The position numbers and the translations under genes are program-made. The notes under the pieces were generated by a model. The model made no database searches, was not told where the DNA came from, and was given only the letters and a program-made list of their open reading frames with translations. 64,000 nucleotides of DNA, taken from the NCBI GenBank assembly GCA_024704765.1, contig JAKMXF010000255.1, forward strand, positions 554,806-618,805. Direction: 5' to 3'. Shown piece after piece: positions 23,526 through 35,216 of this stretch. Every line of letters begins with the position of its first letter. Positions within the stretch are counted from its first letter, which is position 1. The stretch is from Oopsacas minuta (lineage: Eukaryota; Animalia; Porifera).

Positions 23526-23834
23526 ATGGCTGAGAAACTAAGTTTCATAGATCAAATCTCCTTTTATGTCACTAACTATGCAAAACAGTTAGACATTGCT
23601 ATTCTCATATTATCCCTGCTCATTTGGAGCTTATTTTGGGCTCTTTTCATACATCACGAGTTTGGAGTGGTTTTCTTTTCCCTCTCTCTCATTTCATTTA
23701 TATTTCTCTCTCTCGGTAAGAAGAGATTTAAGAAAGAATTGAGTGCTTATTCTGTATTTAATCCAGACTGTAGACGTCTGCCTGGTACCCTCACTGGAGA
23801 ACATGTGGATAAGGGAATAAGATTACAATTATAA
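23526..23834 (+). CDS. SAYSD1: SAYSvFN domain-containing membrane protein
   Basis: Hydrophobic hairpin with EFGVVFF, then ELSAYSVFNPDC.RLPGTL. Confidence 0.92.
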   Translation: MAEKLSFIDQISFYVTNYAKQLDIAILILSLLIWSLFWALFIHHEFGVVFFSLSLISFIFLSLGKKRFKKELSAYSVFNPDCRRLPGTLTGEHVDKGIRLQL

Positions 23835-23912
23835 AATCCAGTTTATATTTCTCATTCTGTCTGTCTATATTTCATATTCCTATTCTTTGACCTATGAATA
23901 CTTTACATAATA

Positions 23913-25146
23913 CAGTGCGACCTCTATAAGTTATAAGCGGGACAATTTTGATCCATCTTCATTCATTTCCATCGAAACGAACCTCTATGCTTGGGGAGTA
24001 GGGAATGAGGCATAATTTAGAAAAATTATGCCTCACGCCATTGAAATTTACCTCTAAAAAGTGGGAATTCTACGATAATTTTCTTGAATAATTATTTTGT
24101 GCTAAATTTGGAAAAATAACGTATTTCTATTTGACTAAGTCAATGGTTACTCACAGTATACATCAACAAACAAACAATTTTCAGGCCAAATTTACGTCAT
24201 CTGATTGCTTAGCAAATATGTCAGAAAAGTTTTGAAACTCTGTAAAGAGGAAATTAGTACATTTACGATTTCAAATATTACACCATGGGATCTAAGGATA
24301 CTGCTGTACAAATATCAAAATTTTGTCATAAAGTTTGCTCGTTCCAGAGTTATATAGTAGTGGCCATGGATGGCATATTTGGGCCAATATTCATCCATAA
24401 CTTGACATCCCTCAATGTTACAGCCAAACCAACTTACAAACATATAGTATATACCCGACTGCCCATACCCTAATAATACATTTTGATATGATATCTCTGA
24501 TAATTATGACGTAATCTTGTAAATGACCATATATGGTATTATTGATGACTGGGCAATATTCTTTGGAGATATCATATCACAATGTATTATCAGGGTGTGG
24601 GAAGTCGGGTATATACTATATGTGTGTAAGATTATTTGGTCATATTATTGAAGGATGTCAAGTTATGGGTGAATATTGGCAAAATATGTCATCCATGGCC
24701 ACTACTATATAACTCTGGAACGAGCAAACTTTATGACAAAATTTTGATATCTGTACAGCAGTATCCTTAGATCCCATGGTATAATATTTGAAATCGTAAA
24801 ACTTTTCTGACATATTTGCTAAGTAAGCAACCAGATGACGTCATTTTGGCCTGAAAATAGTTCGTTGATGTATACTGTGAGTGATGTCAAATGTAAGAGT
24901 CCATCAATCAGCACTACTGCCTTAGTGTATAGAATGCTATGATTCAACCAACAACCTTATTGCATAGCATAATAATCAATTATCATTGAAAAACAGACTT
25001 TGGAGGATTTGGTTACACTTAATGACTCAAAAATCTCTCGTTTAATACACGACATTTGTATTTAAATTATAATTCGGTAATAGCCTAATGGGCGGTTACC
25101 AGGAGAGTCGCCGTCCCGACTTCCCCCACTTATAGAGGTTTTACTG
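23913..25146. mobile_element. Tc1/pogo-type TIR pair possibly bracketing a composite element
   Basis: ta|cagtgcgacctctataag at 23913 and cttatagaggttttactg|ta ending at 25146. These could be two separate partial copies. Confidence 0.5.
24149..24882. mobile_element. Foldback-like element, ~340-bp inverted arms with a ~65-bp spacer
   Basis: actcacagtatacatcaac...gatatgatatctc versus gagatatcatatc...gttgatgtatactgtgagt; long stretches are exact reverse complements. Confidence 0.9.
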
Positions 25147-25222
25147 TATTACACATTTTTCCTGTCTATCTTAGCAGCTGAGATGCTTAACAATTCGATT
25201 TGTATTATTCAGTACATATACT

Positions 25223-26497
25223 ATGGTTAATGTGGGTAGAGTAAAGCGTGTCTTCTTACTAGCTGTATTTCTTTTGGGAGGAATTATTTTGTTATTCTCT
25301 AATCATATGAATTATTTCAAATCTAAACACTCACAAACTAAATCACATATCATTGAGCCTATTAAAGAAGCAGTCTCCTTACCTGCCACTGAAGCAGTTG
25401 CAGCTGTCAATTCCATTACTGAATTAGCTGTCAAACCTGTCAGTTACAACACTCACATATTCTATTACTCCTGGTATGGAACACCTGAGACGGACGGCCA
25501 GTACTACCACTGGAACCACGTGTATATTCCTCACTGGAATAGCAAAATAGCTCATAAATTCCCTTCCAACACACGTCACGAACCTCCTGATGATATTGGA
25601 GCTAACTTCTACCCTTCTCTTGGCTGCTATAGCTCGTCTGATCCTCTGGTCATCAGCCAGCACATGTCAGATATACGTAATAGCGGTGTGGGTGTGTTAG
25701 CACTGTCCTGGTATCCTCCTGGAAATGCGGATGAGGAGGGGAGACCATCTGATAGCCTGGTACCACTACTACTCGATATAGCCAATAAATTCTCTATTAA
25801 AGTAACATTTCATATTGAACCATATAAGGAGCGTACAGCTGTATCAGTGAGAAGTGATATTGAGTATATTATGGGAACATATTCAAAGCATCCTGCATTC
25901 TACAGATATCATGAACACACCACGCCTCCTACAGAGAAACCTTTATTCTATATATACGACTCATATCACATATCATCCGGGGACTGGGCACAGGTGTTGA
26001 CACCTGCAGGACAACACACTATAAGAGGTACTGCACTAGATTGTATTGTAGTGGGATTAGTAGTTAATAAGAAGGATACAGATAGCATCAAGAGTTCAGG
26101 TTTTGATGGTTTCTACACATACTTTGCATCACGTGTATTCACGTATGGATCAGCGCCTAGCAATTGGAAGCAATTAAAGGAGGTAGCAACTGACTCTAAC
26201 TTGTTGTTTATCCCTAGTATAGGACCTGGATATATCGATACTGCAGTCAGACCATGGAATAGTGTTAACACTCAAGATAGGAGAAACGGAGCTTATTACT
26301 CGGAGAACTTTCTAGAAGCTATTAAATCTGGTGCTGATATTATTAGTATTACTTCTTATAATGAATGGCATGAAGGTACACAGATAGAACCTGCTATACA
26401 GAAGCTGAAGTACTTAGATTATCAACCAGAAGAACCAGATTTCTATATTCACAAGACTAAAGAACTTATCTCAATATACGAAAATAGTATCACCTGA
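25223..26497 (+). CDS. MANEA: Golgi glycoprotein endo-alpha-1,2-mannosidase (GH99), single exon
   Basis: Type II anchor, HIFYYSWYG, YYHWNH, DDIGANFYPSLGCYSS, FHIEPY, SIGPGYIDTAVRPWN, SITSYNEWHEGTQIEPA. Confidence 0.96.
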   Translation: MVNVGRVKRVFLLAVFLLGGIILLFSNHMNYFKSKHSQTKSHIIEPIKEAVSLPATEAVAAVNSITELAVKPVSYNTHIFYYSWYGTPETDGQYYHWNHVYIPHWNSKIAHKFPSNTRHEPPDDIGANFYPSLGCYSSSDPLVISQHMSDIRNSGVGVLALSWYPPGNADEEGRPSDSLVPLLLDIANKFSIKVTFHIEPYKERTAVSVRSDIEYIMGTYSKHPAFYRYHEHTTPPTEKPLFYIYDSYHISSGDWAQVLTPAGQHTIRGTALDCIVVGLVVNKKDTDSIKSSGFDGFYTYFASRVFTYGSAPSNWKQLKEVATDSNLLFIPSIGPGYIDTAVRPWNSVNTQDRRNGAYYSENFLEAIKSGADIISITSYNEWHEGTQIEPAIQKLKYLDYQPEEPDFYIHKTKELISIYENSIT

Positions 26498-27759
26498 AAT
26501 CTAAGTTCATTTCTTATATCTGTCATGTTTATACCATATTTTAATTGTTGAATAATATCTAAATTAGTTTTCTCGTCCGCTCAAATATACAGTGATTCCA
26601 TTTATTCGAGGCTGTTTTCAAGCAGGCCGCCACAATCGCGCCACCTGGCGAACAGTGGTGTATTGCTAGTTCGATTGTGAAGAACGGTGTTGTTATATAG
26701 CTTTAGACTCTTTGTGCACAATTATCCCATGGAATTCTAATAGAACAATTCGAATATCTACCGCCTATCGGCCATTCTAATCACAGAGACTGCATTCACT
26801 TCCCTTGGTGGGGCTGATGCTGATGCTAGGTATACTATTATTAACTTTGTCCCAAGTACATGAAAATTATAATGCATGAGGCCTTAGTTCTAAGAAAACA
26901 AATACAGTTTTGTTTAAGGAAGAATAAAGGTTATGGACCACGTTCCCCCAAATAAACGACTGCTAGTGAACCTAACCCAAGGAAATTTTTGTTTTTAGCA
27001 CTCTGGAGCGCCTCTGGCATGTGGTAAACAAAGTTCAGAATACAATTCAAGGCTGGTTGATTCAATCATGAAATCGGTTAGTATGTACTCTTCTTAAGAC
27101 GTGCTTGTTTAACATTGAACAACTTAACATAAATGTAGAAGATTATCTTATGTTAAGTTTCAGTGAGGTCAAGGGGTAATCCGCCACCTCACCTATAGTC
27201 CTGGCGGCGCCCTTGTTTTCAAGGAAAGATATTGCAAAAATATTTTGGGTGTTACTTAGTCGGGACCTACTGTGTGATGAATGTCTATCCGCAACAAACT
27301 GACTCTTCGTACATTTGTATTCTCATGGATGAAGGATTTGGATAATGTCCTAAAATATTGAAATCATGGTTATGGCAGCGAATAATTTTATCATTTGGTG
27401 ACTTCTAACTAGATCCATTTTGGATCACTACTTGATACTCCATGCTATAGGTTGTTTCAGGGGCATAACTCCTGGAGATCTTTGATTTATGATACTCTAA
27501 TAACAAATTTTACACACCTCTACTCTTATGGAATTTACAAAGGATTACATTACACAATCATCTTCTGAAAGTAACATCTCATAACTAATACTGTAATACA
27601 AAGGTGGCAATTATTACTGAATTCATGGTCATATACAGTATCCAAATTTCGATTAACATTGTCTGATTTGATTCTAAGCACGAATATTGTGCTTCCATTT
27701 TCTAATGTTTCTTATTCACGATATGTCAGCGTTGCAATGCAGTCTCATTTAATTATGTG

Positions 27760-28205
27760 AACTATGATTAATCATATTTTCACACCTTTCTATGTAAAAT
27801 TCAAAAGCATACTAGAGATTAGGTTTCAACATGTTGTTAAGGGGTGCGTAAAGTCCGATTTTGAGATTTTTAGAGTCTAAAAGTTACAAAACTCACAGAT
27901 TTATCACATGAATAATCATATTTTCACACCTTTTTGTATATTATTCAAATCATGCAAGATATTTCGTTTTACTGGTAGTAAGGGGTAATAGAGTATGTAG
28001 ATTCAATTTTGACCGTTTCAAATCTATATCTACTTGTTTTATCATATGATTAATCATATTACACACGTTTTGCATTTTATTCGAAATGATGCTAGAAATT
28101 TCCTTTCAGCTACTAGTCTCAGGGTAATTGAGTATGTAGGTTCCAATTTTGATGTTTTCAAATCTCATTCTACACGATTTATCATATGATTAATCATATT
28201 TTTAC
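27760..28205 (+). repeat. Repeat family C, degenerate ~140-bp tandem subunits
   Basis: The atcatattttcacacc-type motif recurs at 27771, 27915, 28053 and 28193. Homologous to 42000-42330 and 57745-57880. Confidence 0.8.
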
Positions 28206-29293
28206 CACTTTACGACGAATAATTTGTATTGGGTAGAAATAGGACCCAGATGCCTGACTCCCAGTCTGTCGACTGGACATTTTTGAGATATTTCTTTCTT
28301 GTTTCATTCAGCTTTCATTTTCTTATTATTGATTGTAGTATTGCAGCTGTGTAACCAGTGTATACAGCTGATGAGAAATCTTCTAATTATAATACAATAC
28401 TAATATTATATCTACACAACACATGCCTTGCTGATGTATCCAGATATTCTATCAAACATTCGTAATTGCTCATGATTCATGGTATACTGTCCGAATTTTG
28501 ATTAAACTTGTTTGGATTTAAGAATAAGGACAAATATTACATTGTACTTCCATTTTCTGTTTCTTAACAATAACTCCGCGTTGTAATTTGGTAACTTATA
28601 ATTATGTGAATTATTTTGAATACTTTGTTAAATATGTGCTAAGAGAATCACTGATTTTAAACATAAATCAGCTATTCCTTAGCATATATTAAATATGTAC
28701 TTGTCAGATAAGTAGTAATTATTAATAATTTATATCTTAACTAGCTCATTGAATACTCGTATCGTAAAGAATTAAGATTATTCGTGTTTTTATTACTCAA
28801 AATTCAACTATTAGGGAAGAAATTAGCATTAGAATATTACTTAAGCTATAATTAAGTATTTATTCAGAATTTTAGAGCATCTTTCAGTCTCTATATGCAT
28901 GGATGAAATGTTGCTTTACAAGGACTGCACAAAAACGGGTCTGACTGAATGGTGGAAAAATCTTTATATTAATTTATATTAGTTATAGCTATAACCTTAT
29001 TAAGTATGACTTCTAACTTTGCTTAACATGAGAGACTAATATTCTGTGCGATAAGCCCATATTTTAAGATTATATACAGCGTAGGTGCAAATGTCCATCA
29101 CAAAATTACTTAATGTACCTATACCAATTTTCATTATATCAGCCTACTATATTTTGCAGGATTGGTGGACGAACGGATCTACACACATAGCACATCCATG
29201 CCAATAGGCCATCCCTATAGGAGCGGCACTTAAAATGCTAAGATATATTAGAATGATGATAATATAATATAATGTAGAGTAAATAATAGAATC

Positions 29294-29360
29294 ATTTTCT
29301 ACCACTTTCCACCATTTTCCACCACTTTTCACCATTCAGTCATTTTCCACCATTCAGTCA
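29294..29360 (+). repeat. Degenerate short tandem repeat (ttttccacca-like)
   Basis: ttttctaccactttccaccattttccaccacttttcaccattcagtcattttccaccattcagtc. Confidence 0.75.
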
Positions 29361-30127
29361 GACCCCACAAAAAACCATCTGATAGATAGTTGTGCTTTAA
29401 GTGAACGAATTCCAACTTGACTCGTATTTTTCCATCCGTTTTTCTTTACTATCGGTTTGCTATTCTTATCTTTACTTGTTTCTTTCAGATTCCATTTTTA
29501 CATAATCAGATTTCTAATTATAATAGAATTAATAAATGATATTACATGTATGCGTCAACACTATACTATATCTATACGTCAACATGCCTTCTTGATTTAT
29601 CCAGATGTTCCATCTGGTTCATACAAATACCACTTACTTATTGTCTAAATGTGTTAATTTTGCCTTAAGTCAGCCACCGTATATTCACAACCATTTCAAG
29701 CAAATAATATATATTTAGCAAATATCTTAAGCATAATTATAATAACTGATCATCGTTTATTCCGTATAGGCATCAGATTTTATCGAATTGTATGCACCTT
29801 TGTGAGATACAAATTAGGTCCACGAAATCCCTCCAAACCTCCCTATAATAATATTGAATCCATAGTATAGGAGTGTAACAAATGAGAATTCCAATTTAGC
29901 ATCTGGTTTGAGAAGCTACATGAAAGCCTGATACCTGTGCTGGTTCGAAAATTATTTATTTTACACATGTTGTGAAGGACTTTGTTTATGAAATACTACA
30001 TTCTAGAATAGTGTAATTGTAAGAATTATTGTTGTTGGTTTCATAAACAAAGAACCAATCTGATTTCGTTGATGTTGTCTTCAAACTAAATCAAATGATT
30101 TGAAGTTCTGAATTGTCAGCTGTCTTG

Positions 30128-31998
30128 TCATATGTCATCAAACTGCCTCTTCCTTTTCATCCTTACGAACCCTGAGCTGCTCAGCTTCTTACACTTCTGA
30201 GTCTCCCATTGCTGGAACTTCTCCACACTCTGTCTCCCGCACATGAACAGCTTCTTCTCCGATTCATCCAGCCTGTTGGTTATTTGCAGTTGATCCCGAT
30301 CATATATGTTGTGTGATCTGTCCATGATGTATCTGCTCCTGGAGCAGAATGTCTGTAGAATATTGTATAGTGGGAAATTGATGTAATGTAATATAAATAT
30401 TTATATTATACTCTAGATTCTCCTAACTGTAATGTAAAATAACACAATACGTATATGGCAGGAGACAACACTTGTAGAATCATTGGGAATTTATATCCAC
30501 ATATGCCTCTCTCTTAAACTCAAAATCCTAGTACATAGTGATGGGTGATTATATACCAGAGGATAGCCATAGTAGTTAGTGTGTATTCGTATAATTGTAT
30601 AGCTGAGCCTGACCATAATCCAACACCTGGACAATCTAGAAGACCTCTATAATCCGAGAGTGTTTCTTATCCAACGGGTTTCGATTATGCAGGTGCAGGT
30701 TCTTGTTATTACTTATTGACCATAATTTTTTCATTTAAGAATTTCTACTAAAGACACTTTTCGGTTTAGCTAATGTCAGATTATACAATTTCTTCATACA
30801 TTAAAATTATTAGCAGTGAATTTACATATATCCAGAGAGTATGGGGTAAAATATATGCAAGTATGTAAATATGTATAAGACAATTAATACATTAATTAGC
30901 ATCATCCACGCATTTTCCATTTGTATAGAACTAGAAATATTAAATAATGAATTATATCAATTATCACGGTTAGTTATCGTAATATACTAATATTTCACTA
31001 ATCTGCAAGTGTATTATAATTATGTTATGTATGCATCTAACTAAGAGTAGTAGCATACACGTTTCCCCCAATAGCACATATTTCTAGCAGTTTCAATATA
31101 TTAAAATATTAAATACTGAATAATTGAAATGTCAATAATTATCTCTATATCCTACCTTGATTAGTACTTCAGCAATAGCATCTACATCTGGAGTATCAAA
31201 GCTGAGAAGCTTAATACCACTCTCGTAATAATAAGGTCCCAGCTTGTTGAGGTCAGATGAGTTAGCATCTGCTTCCAATTCCTGTCTAATCTCTTTTGTA
31301 TACCGTATGGGTACACTCACCTGAAGTGTGGTTATAAATAAGTACAACACTCTAGGCTATATATATGTATCACTAGTACGTACTATCCGAGTATAGATCT
31401 TATCTGCATAGGGATTGTGTTAATATCAATGTGGGCTAATTTTGGTGACACATTATTTGTGTATCACGGTTGATAGTATTCGATTTGAGTGAAAATACAG
31501 TAGAACTTCGTTAATATACACAAGGGGGGGCTCTAAATTTGTGCTACTTTTGACTGGAGTATGTAATAACCGTGCTAACGAAGTTCTACTCTTTGGTAGT
31601 AAACTAATCGGACATTGCTATATACGATTATACGTCACTAATAAATTTGTAAATTATTTCAATGCGAATAAAGTATTCAATTTCGTTAATCAGCATCTGT
31701 AAGCATTACATTTACATACCTTGACAATGTTCTTCCTTCCAGCAAGTGACTTAGCTAACCATAGAGGTAGTTCTAAATTCGTACCCGTCTCTATGTGCTC
31801 TGTTTTAGAGTTAGTGTGGAGATATCCTAATCTGTAAGCAGTTACATTGAAGCTACAAGGTATGCGGAGCTCTGAAGCTAGAATATCATCTATATCATAA
31901 AAGTTGAAGGCTTCTGAATAGTGACTGACATAGGTAGAGTCACGGAAACTAGCGGATTGGGATAAGCTAGTGTTATTTAGCTGAGAGAGTGAATTCAT
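30128..31998 (-). CDS. GINS3: GINS complex subunit PSF3; complement(join(30128..30352,31156..31320,31720..31998)), ~222 aa
   Basis: FYDIDDILASE, LELPLWLAKSL, DLNKLGPYYYESG, TFCSRSRYIMD, RLDESEKKLF..G...FQQW. Two phase-0 GT-AG introns. Confidence 0.93.
31498..31592. mobile_element. Small Tc1/pogo-type MITE in GINS3 intron 1
   Basis: cagtagaacttcgtta ... taacgaagttctact. Confidence 0.7.
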
Positions 31999-32521
31999 TC
32001 AGCTAGTTAACTGAGAACTAATTAAATCAAATTAACATCTGTGTTGTACTTAAAATAATAATAATCTGATTATTTTATCATCATTATACACAATTATAAA
32101 GCCAATAATTACTTGGTAGCTCTTCTTTTCAACTCATAAACGGTGAATCCACCCTGAAATATATCCTCACCTTAATGAGATGGTTAATACATATTTAGTT
32201 GATTACTACTTTTGCTAATCAATTCTCAATCTTATAATATCGCCTGCTAATTATACACAAAATTAAATATTACATAACACCTACTAAGTAGAATACTTTC
32301 AGGTACCAATCTTGAAAATTATACCATATTTTCATCTCATTACGTATATCCAGGAAGTGTTATAGGTAATAGAATTAGAATTTGATAATACCTACATTTT
32401 CATTTCTAAACGAGCGGAATAATGCGCTCATATTACGTCACTCAATATTTATTTCTGTACCTGAATTACATACTTCTTTTCCTATTTCTATAGAATATAT
32501 CACTTCACTTTTCATTTGTTA
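31999..32521. promoter_or_regulatory. Probable bidirectional promoter between GINS3 and B3GAT
   Basis: Head-to-head start codons ~520 bp apart; CRE-like ttacgtca near 32434. Confidence 0.55.
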
Positions 32522-33445
32522 ATGGGATCTCGATATTTACGCATAACAACCTTATTAAAACTACTTGCATTTTGTCTTATTTTGGTCATAATAAACTTGT
32601 TCCTTACAATAAATCAATCTGATAGTATACATGTGTCAAGTTGTTCCTATTTGTCCTGCAAACTGTTGGAGAAGTCTAGTAATGTTCCTCTATACCTGAT
32701 AACTCCCACTTACACAAGACTAACGCAGAAAGCTGACTTGATCAGACTCTCCCACACACTCATGCATATTCATAATATTTTATGGATTGTAGTAGAGGAT
32801 CGTAGCAGTAAATCCAAATTAGTTACTAACCTACTGGATAGATCTGGTATAGAGCATGTTCATATGAATGTAGAGACGCCAAAGATATTCCGTCTGAGGC
32901 CCGGGGATAGGAAGTATATGCAGCACAGGGGCGTGGAGCAGAGGAACCTGGCCCTGGATTGGATTAGAATGAGCTATGAACTCTCTCAGGGGGTAGTGTA
33001 TTTCATGGACGATGATAATACTTATGATATTGAATTGTTTCATCATATAAGGAAGGTAAATAAGGTAGGAATCTGGCCTGTCGGTTTAAGCGGGGGTAAT
33101 GATTATGAAGGTCCTATTTGTGAGAACGGTAAGGTAACAGGATGGTACACAATATGGGATACGAGGAGAATGTTTCCAATAGATATGTCAGGATTCGCTA
33201 TACATCTACAAGTTTTGCTTGATTCTCCGTCTGTTTACTGGGATCGTAAATCTAGGGTTGGAAATCTGGAATCTGACTTACTGATTAGCTTAGGAATAGA
33301 GAGAGGAGATTTGGAGCCGATAGATGATACATGTAGCCAAGTGTTAGTGTGGCATACACAGACTGTTAAGTTTGAATATCTGGAAAATAGAATGGAAAGA
33401 ATAACGATAAAGAATTTGGAAAAGTACATGGACTTAGAAGTATAA
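32522..33445 (+). CDS. B3GAT3: Galactosylgalactosylxylosylprotein 3-beta-glucuronosyltransferase (GT43), single exon
   Basis: Type II anchor, ITPTYTRLTQKADL, QRNLALDWIR, GVVYFMDDDNTYD, WPVGLSGG, FPIDMSGFA, VLVWHTQT. Confidence 0.93.
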   Translation: MGSRYLRITTLLKLLAFCLILVIINLFLTINQSDSIHVSSCSYLSCKLLEKSSNVPLYLITPTYTRLTQKADLIRLSHTLMHIHNILWIVVEDRSSKSKLVTNLLDRSGIEHVHMNVETPKIFRLRPGDRKYMQHRGVEQRNLALDWIRMSYELSQGVVYFMDDDNTYDIELFHHIRKVNKVGIWPVGLSGGNDYEGPICENGKVTGWYTIWDTRRMFPIDMSGFAIHLQVLLDSPSVYWDRKSRVGNLESDLLISLGIERGDLEPIDDTCSQVLVWHTQTVKFEYLENRMERITIKNLEKYMDLEV

Positions 33446-33533
33446 TTTACAACATATATTTGTATACAATTATTTGTAACATTATTCTGCTTACTCATAA
33501 ATTCATACGTATTCTCCTTGCAGGAATTGCATT

Positions 33534-35216
33534 ATGATAATGTGTATGCTAATATCACCAAATAGTATTAGCATTTATCAGATTTGCCCTTTAATGGCTT
33601 CAGATTCTAAAACAGCATTTGAGTTCAAGGAAGAAGGGAACAGATTTTACAAGGACTTCCAATTCTCAAAAGCTCTTGACTGCTACACTAAAGCTATAGA
33701 GAGAGATAACTCTAACTCAATCTACTTCAGTAACAGAGCTCAATGCTTGATAAGAATGCATCTACATCATACTGCTATAGCTGATGCAGAGAGAGCTATA
33801 GCTTTAGATTCAACACAGGTTAAGCACCAGTACAGACTAGCTATAGCTCTGGCTGGTTGTGGAGAGAGAGAACAGGCATGCAACATTCTAGAAATATGTT
33901 CTAAAGAGAATTCAGACATAGCAGCAGCTCTCCTAAGAGAGAGAAATTATTTACAGAACTCTAGGGGGGTTTTTGACTTCGATACAATGTTACAGTTAGC
34001 CAAGTCAAACAGTGAAATTGATATAGCAGATTACATTGGGCCCGTTTCTATTGAAACATCAAAAGAGAAGGGTAGGGGATTGTTTGCTACTCGTGACTTA
34101 AATAAAGGAGAATTAATTTTTGTATCAAATGCTGTTCTCTTAGCTAGAGAACCTCCAGGCACGCCCCCTCACACTCCTCCTCTACCAATTAACAAAACTG
34201 CCCTGAAGTTAATAGAAATGCTAACTAAACTTATTACACAATCTAACCCATTGACTTGTGCTAGGATATCATACCTATTTGGCTCTACAGTACACTCACA
34301 GCCAATTCCAATATCTATACGATTATTCTCTCCCAAAGGATATGAAGTCATAAAAGGACATGAGAGTTATTTTTCTAGCGAAACTATTAAGAAACAGCTG
34401 ATTAAGAACGTATTTGATATAATAGTGAAGAATCAATCATCAGCATCTACTGTTACATACAACCTGCCTACTCTAACAACTCATCCTAGCATAGATCATG
34501 GACCTGAAGCTTCTGGAATTTGGTTCCTACATTCCTTCTTCAATCACTCATGTCTACCTAATGTATTCATATCTCATGCAGGGGATGTGTGTATTGCTCG
34601 TACTAATTCACGAATACTAAAAGGTACAGAATTAACTAGAGCTTATATTAATCCTAACACTGTAGATATTTCAGGATTATTCACTATTAAGGAGAGGAAG
34701 GAAGAGTTGAAAACTTGGGAATTTACTTGTGATTGCGAGTTGTGTGAGTTTGAGTTAGATTGTAAGAATGAGAATGTACTGAGACGTAGTATAGAGTTGT
34801 ATGATAGAGCTTGCCAGATCTTGGCAGATATAAGTTCAGGTGGTACACCTCCAGTCAGTATGTTTAAGATGCTGGATAATCTCTTTACAAAAACATTTGC
34901 AATTGCAGAAGAAATGAATCTCAGGAAGGGTGGATTTAATGATACTGTATGGACCGTAATAATGAAATTGATTTACGGTTACGGTCGTGTTACTACTGAA
35001 TCCTTACAATTTGGGAAGATAGAATCATACTTCAAGTACTTTGATAGAGCAGAAATGTATCTTTGCGAGAAGGATCTGGAACATGAGACTAGATTTTGGT
35101 ATATTTATATGCAGATGTTGATATCAGTAGGGAATACGATTCCATCTGCTAAAAAGAGGAAGAAAAGTGTTGAGGCAAACTTCAATCGTGTAAAGGCATT
35201 ACAAATGTATTTTTAA
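33534..35216 (+). CDS. TPR + SET domain putative lysine methyltransferase, single exon (start may be 33594)
   Basis: TPR KEEGNRFYK...ALDCYTKAIE...YFSNRAQC; SET KGRGLFATRDL..GELIF, FNHSCLPN, ELTRAY; post-SET FTCDCELC. Confidence 0.88.
   Translation: MIMCMLISPNSISIYQICPLMASDSKTAFEFKEEGNRFYKDFQFSKALDCYTKAIERDNSNSIYFSNRAQCLIRMHLHHTAIADAERAIALDSTQVKHQYRLAIALAGCGEREQACNILEICSKENSDIAAALLRERNYLQNSRGVFDFDTMLQLAKSNSEIDIADYIGPVSIETSKEKGRGLFATRDLNKGELIFVSNAVLLAREPPGTPPHTPPLPINKTALKLIEMLTKLITQSNPLTCARISYLFGSTVHSQPIPISIRLFSPKGYEVIKGHESYFSSETIKKQLIKNVFDIIVKNQSSASTVTYNLPTLTTHPSIDHGPEASGIWFLHSFFNHSCLPNVFISHAGDVCIARTNSRILKGTELTRAYINPNTVDISGLFTIKERKEELKTWEFTCDCELCEFELDCKNENVLRRSIELYDRACQILADISSGGTPPVSMFKMLDNLFTKTFAIAEEMNLRKGGFNDTVWTVIMKLIYGYGRVTTESLQFGKIESYFKYFDRAEMYLCEKDLEHETRFWYIYMQMLISVGNTIPSAKKRKKSVEANFNRVKALQMYF

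Noticed and set aside
26615-26660. CTCF-like motif cgccacctggcg
   Set aside because: Single partial match; similar words occur in TE ends, and there is no evidence the organism has CTCF
25223-33445. MANEA plus B3GAT as a glycosylation gene cluster
   Set aside because: Different pathways (N-glycan trimming versus proteoglycan linker), separated by GINS3; proximity is expected in a compact genome
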